Of a stretch of DNA of 64,000 nucleotides, positions 55,901-64,000 are shown one piece after another. The position numbers and the translations under genes are program-made. The DNA is taken from contig NC_068998.1 of assembly GCF_001194135.2 (NCBI RefSeq), positions 11,893,164 through 11,957,163 of the forward strand. Direction: 5' to 3'. Positions within the stretch are counted from its first letter, which is position 1. Every line of letters begins with the position of its first letter. The notes beneath the pieces were generated by a model. The model searched no databases and was not told where the DNA came from. It saw only the letters and a list, made by a program, of their open reading frames with translations. Source of the DNA: Octopus bimaculoides (taxonomy: Eukaryota).

Positions 55901-55986
55901 GTAATTTATACGCATATATTGTTTATATAATAAATTACGCTGTGCGTATCTATGTGTGTAACAATTTTAGAGTTCGGATTCTAGAG

Positions 55987-56030
55987 TTAGTGTTAGGGTT
56001 AGGGTTAACAGTCTAGTTAGGGTTAGGGGA
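55987..56030 (+). repeat. Short interstitial (TTAGGG)-like repeats inside a CpG-rich segment (55901-56270)
   Basis: ttagggttaggg at 55993-56004 and 56017-56028. Confidence 0.8.
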
Positions 56031-56984
56031 TTAATACGATATACACCGTTACAGCGCTAACTGCTTTCAACTGAATAGACGTCAGTGATTAGTAGAAATT
56101 ATCGAAATAAGACAATTTTTTACATGAAATAAATTCGAATACAAAAATTTTTTTCTGTTCTATAACACAAAATAGATAAGTATACGAAATTTGAAAGTCT
56201 TTCGGTACCAAAAACACTACATAAAACATAAATGAAAACTGGTGCCCCCGTTTTGAAATAGATCCTAAAATAGAAAGTCATAAATATTCGTAAGTATTTT
56301 TAAGTAAGAACGACAGTAGTTTTGATCTCTCTTTTGAAATTACTCTTACTGATAATCTAATTTGCTCATTAGCTTCAAATTTGAAAGAATTAATGAGCAT
56401 TCTAACAGCCCAGCATTCTGTAACAAAAGGGAGCAAACCGAGCAAACAGTTTGAAGCAGCCCCCAGAGAAACTACAACAAATCTCATTCCACTTGTAAGC
56501 AGAATAAATTTTAATGGCCTGCATTTTATATGAGGTAAAGATAGCAAGCAAAATATATAAATGCCCTCTCCCGAAGGAATAGGGAAAAAAAATCTTGCTT
56601 TTCTTCATACCATAAAAAGTTTAAGCCCAAATCTTTACCCTACCTCTACCTTACGTCAAAGCAAATTTAGGTCAAGCTCCTATAATGCATTTCCCAATTG
56701 GCTTAAACATTGCTAACATCAAATAAGTAGCCAATCAGTAAGTGTTTCATATGGCACAAAAAATTACCCCACCAACACCACACATATCTTTACGCTTTAT
56801 CATTTCCTAGAAAGGGTAGTCTTAAGCACAAACAAACAGGAGTTGAATTATTTGGAAAATAATTCATCTATTTAATAACCATGAAACTCATTTCATCTAA
56901 TTAAATGGGAAGCAATGAAAATATATGGAAACACCAGTCTATGTATATGTGTGTGTGTGTATGTACATATATATATATATATAT

Positions 56985-57079
56985 CATCATCATCGTTTAA
57001 CGTCCGCTTTCCATGCTAGCATGGGTTGGACGATTTGACTGAGGACTGGTGAAACCGGATGGCAACACCAGGCTCCAAT
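56985..57079 (-). mobile_element. 5'-truncated copy of the RTE-like 3' end between two (AT)n tracts
   Basis: Near-identical to the other young copies. Confidence 0.85.
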
Positions 57080-58869
57080 ATATATATATATATATACATG
57101 ACAACCAACAATTCTTTCACTATAGGCACTAGGCCTGAAATTTAGGGGAAGAGGATTGTTGACTACATCAACCCATTGCTCAAGTGGTTCTAATGTAAGT
57201 ACCGAAAGGATGAAAAGAAATGCTGACCTCGGTGGAATTTGAACTCAGAAAATAAGGCTGGAAAAAAGGTTGCAAAGCATTTTGTACAGTGTGCTAATGA
57301 TTCTGCCAGCTCACTGCCTTAACTATGTCAGATGATAATGATAAATCCTACAACTGCATCATTATTCATCTCCAGTGTTGTTGTGGACTTAACATCCCCT
57401 TCAAAATGTTTTTATTCATAAACATTTTTATAGAGCCTGTTTATTTATTTATACCTAGGGCCAGGTGTGGGCCATAGAGTTAAGAAGCTTGCTTCCCAAC
57501 TATGTGGCCTTGAGTTCAGTCTTCTGCTACAGCTCTGGACTAATCAAAGCCTTGTGAGTGAATTTGGCAGACAGAAACTGCAAGAAGCCTGTTGTATATG
57601 GGCATGCGTATGTGCACCGTTGCCATAACATCTTAGGACTGCTGTAAACAAACATTGCTTACATAAAAAACAATGTTGTTCAATTTCAGTCTTCTGTGAA
57701 AGCCCTGTCTGGCTATAGAGAAATACTAATTGATTTGGAAACAGGTAAAGAAACAAGAAGGGCATCCAGCCATAGAAAATCTGCCTCAACAAATTTCCTA
57801 CAACCCATGCAAGCATGGAAACAGACATTAAAAAATGGTAATGATGAATAAATAAAGGTAAAAAGAATATGCTTCTCATACTTCATTAGGGAAGGAGCTC
57901 AGTGGAAAATAGTTTCGAAATGTCTTGTTCATCTTTTTAAGAAACTTAAAGCAAAGAAGAACAGTCGCATCTATCACCTTTTTGCAGCTCTTCCAAAATG
58001 GGTAGAAAGAGAATGAAGTTATCCTTAGACCATAGGACCTGGCCCAAATGCTCACATCAAAGTGGGCTCTGCTAAAGGCAACCAAGTGCTGTCAAATTAA
58101 GCAATGGATCAAATACAACAGGCAAAAAAGGTTGCAAAAGTATACCTTTTTTTGTTTTTTTTTAAAATTTATAAAGAAGAATACATCAGCTGGAGATCTT
58201 CACTGATAATGATCAATATGGACTATACCTGGTACTGAAAACATCTGTTTTAGCCTGACTTAACAGATTAACATAATCATAATATATCATTGCAGAGCAT
58301 ATACAAGTGTGTGAGAGTGTGGTGTGTAAAAGAGAGAGTGAGAAAGGGAACCCTCCCTCCACACACTCTTTTATAATACTACATAAACTCCTAGGCTGAA
58401 ATAAATTTTACATTCATCTTACACATTATTCAAACATATAATTTTCTGGGATTTTTGTTGGTCTTTTTCTCTTGTGTAGATATGAAAATAATGGGATATT
58501 GATTTTTTGCTTTTTTTTTGGTAAATCCAGAAACCTATTTTAGTCAAACACTAGGATCATGGTAGAGCCATGACAGCCTTTTAAGACACATATACCATTA
58601 TAATCATGTTCGTTGCATCTTTGATAAACTCCTAGATGTATAGCAAAACACACAGTCATATAATATACATTATTACAATATATGTATGTTTTAAGTGTCT
58701 ATCATGTTTCTACCACAGTAAATATTGTTGCAGTTTCAATGTGCTATCACAAATTAAGTCATTTAGTCAAGATTCTAGAAAAAAAAAAGAACCTTTGCCT
58801 TAGAACTGAGTTAAGAAACTTTTTCTACTGCTTAATTAGGGAGGGAAGGGCAGATAATTTCAGAGCTCA

Positions 58870-59030
58870 TTAACCCTTTTGTTACCATATTTATTTTGAG
58901 ATGCTCAGTGTTTCTTTCAATTAATTTTAAATATAACAAAGAATTTAGTAAAATAACTTAGTTATCATTAAGCTGATGTTAGGAACAAAAATTGTGGCCA
59001 AGATTTGGTGGAAGATTTTCATTCAAAACT
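58870..59030. mobile_element. TTAA MITE family 2, partial
   Basis: Starts ttaacccttttgttaccatattt; contains gaatttagtaaaata shared with about 11396. Confidence 0.6.
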
Positions 59031-59839
59031 TATTAAATAGAGCCAGAATGTGGACAGCAGATATATTTCCCTTAACTGCAGAAAGCAATTTTACTGAATA
59101 GCTTTAAAAAAAAAACAGAAAGAAATCTCTCCTTACCCTGCAAGAAGCAGAGACAACCACCAGGGACACTTTTTACAAAATACAATTCTTCAAATTTTAA
59201 TTTTTTTCACATATTTCACCAAATATCTCTTTACAAAAGTAAGATTCAAATACTTTTAATGGTGGATATGAAAACTGTATCAACAGGAGATGCTTGAAAA
59301 AGCACTGCAGAAGTAGAAAAATACCAATTTCTATTTTTAGGCAGATAATTAACATCATTACAGGAATGACCATGAAATTTAATTACAGTCAAAGAGTTAA
59401 AAAAGAAAATCTAACTCAAATGCTTGTAACAGAGAGAACTTCACTAAAAACACTCAAGATGGCAGTTGGTTTTGTTTAACTGGGAGGCAGATTACTTAAT
59501 CTGCCTCCCTGAACACTCAATCAACCACCCAAGAACACAGAATGCAAAGAACCAGAACAAATACCACAAGGCATCCTGTCAGTTGTGCTAACAATATTGT
59601 CAATCCATGACCCTAAAAGGATAAAAAGCAAAGTTTGAGCCTGGCAAGATTTGAACTTGAAGCACAGATAACTCAAGCTATTTTATACTACCCTCTCAAG
59701 ACTTGCAAATTATTACTCCCTTAAACTGAAAGATTAAGGACCTGTGGCACCAGTATTCTAGCTAATACCATAGTAATGGGGGGGNNNNNNNNNNNNNNNN
59801 NNNNNNNNNNNNNNGATTTGGGAGTATTTTTTCTAATTA

Positions 59840-60040
59840 ATTGTGCACAAGGGACAAAGTGGAAATATGTTGAAAGAAAAATTAGGTATAAGAAGCATCA
59901 GGTATAGTGTGCAAGAGAAAAGACAAAGCTGGTATGGCCATATGATGTGTATGGACACTAAGTGCTGGTTGCTAAATAGATATGGAACTTACAAAAGATG
60001 GAGACCCATGAAGACATGGGATGAAGTTCCAAGATGATTA
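59840..60040 (+). mobile_element. RTE LINE ORF2 C-terminal fragment
   Basis: LKEKLGIRSIRYSVQEKRQSWYGHMMCMD...RPMKTWDEV resembles the RTE RLRWYGHV.RM...GRPRKTW motif. Confidence 0.75.
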
Positions 60041-61668
60041 GCAATTTGCTGTGCTCAAGAAAACTCATCCACCTCAGCAGAAAATGAAGTCCTAAAGGCA
60101 TATCATTAATGTCTATATGCTCATATGCAATCTGTACATGTAAAACCTTCTCTACAACATCTTTATAACAGCAGTCCCTTCTTACGCCATTCAACCCTTA
60201 ACAACACTATTTCCTCCACTGCCGTAAGTATATGAGAGTAGAACACTGTACATATTCCATACTTGCTTTTGATGCTTACCAATTATCCATTTCCTTGGAA
60301 CAACTTCCCTTGGCATCCACTCCACATTCTCATCAATCATCCTTTACCATGTTATTGTCTACCAAATGCCCTTTTTTCCCGAACACCCTCGGGTGTATGC
60401 CATCATATCCTACCTGCCTACCTATTCTGTCACAATGTCCACCACCATGTGACTGACCTATATCACTGAACATCTCTTTCTCAACTACATTTCACATCTA
60501 TCTACAATTTTATTATACTGTTGCTCTCCACCACTCATCTGTCTGTCACTCTCCCTACACACTATTGCAAACCAACCAACCTACCCACTCAGCTATTCTC
60601 AATTCTATCCTTACTCCTCTCTCTACTCACCCTTTTTTATTTTGAGAATATGTCCCGACACCTCAATTCCACTCACCACCCTCCTTCTGAGGTAGCTAGG
60701 TATCTACTCTACAGCAAGGAGATATATTTGTCCCTCAGGCATACTTTAGCCTCTCAACACTTAGCATAAAGCCATCTCTCTCAGTAGTGAATCCCCACTG
60801 TGTGTTGCAACTTAGTTGGCGACAGCGCTAGTACCAGTATCATGACAAAAGCACACAGTAAACTCTGTAGAGTGATTGGCATTAGGAAGGGCATCTAGCT
60901 GTAAAAACCATCCCAAAACAGACACTGGAGCTCAATGCAATCCTGCCTTGTCAGATCCTATTGGAGTACTGACGTTAAATGATGGTTTGCTTTCAGTTGT
61001 CTAAGCCTCCACCTCTTTTACAGATACTACACTGACCACTGACTTTAGACATCTACCTACATCTAAGAGCAAATCCCAAATCTTTTCAAAAAGACTAGGT
61101 TACTTAGAACAATTTGAATGACTTTGTTAATGTTTAGATGTACACAAAATTCCAAGATTCATTATCATTTTTATGTCAATTTTTGCATGCCAACATACAA
61201 AAATGAGCACGTCTTGAAATGTCTTGCCCTCGTTATCTAACACACACACACACAGCCATAGAGAAAAATAGTCAACATTATAGCCATGTATATCTTACAG
61301 TGTGCACTAAGTGAATTTTATCATGCCACCAAGACTGACTGCAGCTAGTCTTAAAAGTTCTTTCAATCTCATAAATATCATAGGTACAGGCATGGCTGTG
61401 TGGTTAAGAAGCTTGCGTCTTAAACATGTTATCTCGGGGTCAGTCCCACTGCATGCATCTTGGGCAAGTGTCTACCATTAAAGCCCCAGGTTGACCAAAG
61501 CCTTACAAGCGGATTTAGAAGACAGAAACTGAAAGAAGCCCATCATATATGTATATGTGTGCATGTGTTTATGTCTGTATGTACCTTTGTTTTGACATCA
61601 TGTGATGATTGTAAATGAGCATCATCATCATACAAAAGATGTTCGTTTCCTACCTTCTTATGGTGAAA

Positions 61669-61708
<40 letters not shown>

Positions 61709-64000
61709 TTATGTATGTAGGGAAGGGTTGGCAACAGGAAGAGCATCAAACTATAGAGAATCTACCTCAACAAATTCCACCGGACCCACACAAATATGGA
61801 AAAGAGGATGTTAAATGATGAGGATGCCTGTCTTCACCAGGCTAATGTTTTAGATGGCATGTAGGAATTTTTTAAACAAAAAGAATCCTTGCTATCATAA
61901 GAGGCAGCTCATGTTTGCACCCCACAACAAAATCAAATAGCTGTGTTTCCCACATTTCTCACTGATGTGTTGGACACAATTATTTGCATGGAATTACTGG
62001 CAATTCCACTTTCATATACCTGCATATCATATCATTCTCTTTTGCTTTACTTATCTCAAAGCTATCTTCTGAGGGAAGGTCCTTATTTTACTGAATTTAG
62101 TCAAGTGTGTCACTATGGAATGAGACAATTTGGCATAGCTGACTAGTCAATCAGCATGCTTTGGTGACAGTACTTTTTGGTGCTGTTAGCAGATACACAT
62201 GTACAGAAATTCACAAATAGAGAAGAAAAACAAATGTGAGAGAAAGCAAAAGACATTAAAATTTATGAATTGAACATGAACGACAAACACTTTCCATCTC
62301 CTCATACACATGAAGAGAAAGGGAAAGAAAAGGAGAGAGAGAACAGAAACATCAAAACATCTTAGCAATGCCAAATAGGTTTGTGCCAAAATGGCTGTGC
62401 CAAAACGTCTCAGACCTGTGTAACTAGTACATATTTTATCAACTTCAGTAAGACTTGAACTCAGAACCAACTAAATAGTATAAAACAGTTAGCTTGGGTA
62501 TTCTACTACTGTTTCTATTTTATCATCAGCATTAACAAAAAATGAAAAACAAATCTAAAACATTGAACAAATATTAAGAGAATAAGAGTTGAGAGTAAAG
62601 ATCTTTAACATGTTTTAATAATAATGAATTATTAACCTTTATCCTATTAGCACAAAACAGCTGTTGTATACAGTCTGCAATGATTTTGAGAACATTAGTT
62701 TCCACTTAAAATGTATGGCAGTATTTTAACAAAACATAAAAAGATGAAAGTTATGTATTTTAACTATAGCATATCAATGAAGAAAAAATATAAAGCAAAA
62801 ATATTTATCTAAGTATAGTTTCAAAATATAGATAAGCTGACCTCAAGGTTGAGTAAGACATATGATGAGGATCAGATATGAACAATTTAACATGCCCAAG
62901 AAAACAGCTTAGACAGAAAAAATGCAAAGCATCCTTAATTTATACAATGTAACCTATATTCTCATTTGAAATTTCCTATAAAATCTAGTAGCCACCGTCT
63001 TTAGCCCTTCATTAAATATAAACACTTCAGAAACATGTTAGAAATATACTTCATCCATATCATAGGATACTAATAAACAGAAATCTTAAATGAAATATTT
63101 AAATTTAAAGAAAAAAAAAATAGTAATAATGAAATATAAAGAGATTCTATTATAAATTAACTTTGTGAATTTAATAACTGACATCATGTTTTCCTACCTA
63201 ATACCGATAAAGTGATAGTGGAGGTGTAGGATTCAGAAGTTAATGCTGCAATTAAAAGCACTGAGAACCAAGAACAGAGAGCAATGCCTATGCTATGATG
63301 GTACTGCACATACAGAGGATTAACAAGAGAGGAGTGGGTGAAAATGTTTAGCTTAATTTCAATCTTCTGGAATTTTCTAGACAGGCACACACTATGCATG
63401 TGTTATTTATAAATCCATTCTTATAGTTTCCCCCCTCCTTATCAAAAACACATCTACTATATTTTGAAGGTACCTGTTTAATGAAAAAGAAATCACACAC
63501 ACACAAAAAAAAAAAATTCCTATTTCTTAAATCAGAGTGGCTAATTCATTCCTTATTCATTCACTGAAGCAATTATCAGTCAGTAATTTACTATGTAAAT
63601 GCCAATATTGTCTCCAAATATCAGCACAACTATTCAAGTGGAATTATTTAATTCATATTCAGCTCCCAGTTACAGCTATTTCACTAATAATGTTCTTGCA
63701 AAACAGAATGAACATCACAATTCAACATGCAATGCTCTGAAATCAATAGGGCTGAACGTTACTGATACCCTTAATATCAAAACAAAACAACTGTTTACCA
63801 CACTACTACAAGGGATAAATATTTACCCTTATTAGTAAAAAAATAAAAAGGGAAGGGGTATAATTAAAACAAATTTTTTTTAATATAAAATTTAATTTTA
63901 AAAACTCCAAATTATTTAACCCATTCAATTCAAAGGAAACTTTTTGGAAAAACCTATTTTTCTGATTTTCACCTGCTACAGACCAATAATATAATCTATA

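Noticed and set aside
40000-56518. A nested same-strand gene built from exon-like segments at about 56350, 49102, 48200, 45232 and 40000
   Set aside because: Phases do not chain cleanly, no protein family is recognisable, and the best segment looks like a Tigger-type transposase remnant.
60195-60770. Pyrimidine-rich block with three overlapping ORFs
   Set aside because: Looks like decayed retroelement sequence, but no motif could be assigned.
1-64000. CRISPR arrays, rRNA, true tRNA genes, prokaryotic or viral systems
   Set aside because: No repeat-spacer periodicity or gene-dense region; all tRNA-like A/B boxes belong to SINE heads.

Overview
AT-rich, microsatellite-dense animal genomic DNA with eight N gaps. 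The repeat families look like coleoid cephalopod, probably Octopus (inference). The window holds the 5' half of one large minus-strand gene encoding a class I bHLH E-protein (TCF12/TCF4/TCF3-daughterless family). Five coding exons found by eye splice in frame through canonical GT-AG sites: 52176-52254, 16278-16362, 11849-11904, 7256-7334 and 3449-3516. They read ...DRMNIATDKELSDLLDFSA|MFSPPVAGQGIKNGTTNMDSMYSGGYKA|GLDDANWSNNGQGSSYDSR|LYDNQTYNGQANENMHSFMNNDMSLL|SKNTDIPYNRSGYSSRDNSVPSQ. This includes the diagnostic AD1/PCET motif TDKELSDLLDFSAMF, split by a 35.8-kb intron. The bHLH exons should lie left of base 1, and the promoter has not been located. None of the ORF-track entries is a complete gene. 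The introns contain tRNA-derived SINEs, RTE LINE fragments, TTAA-flanked and hAT MITEs, and dead mariner and Tigger-like transposases. Most interesting leads: candidate alternative first exons and a spliced uORF or small protein in the big intron; a 141-bp-arm foldback and two smaller hairpins (possible ADAR or small-RNA substrates); inverted repeats around a 288-nt stop-free exon block; and young RTE tails that sit preferentially beside (AT)n tracts. Exon coordinates were counted exactly; most repeat boundaries are approximate.
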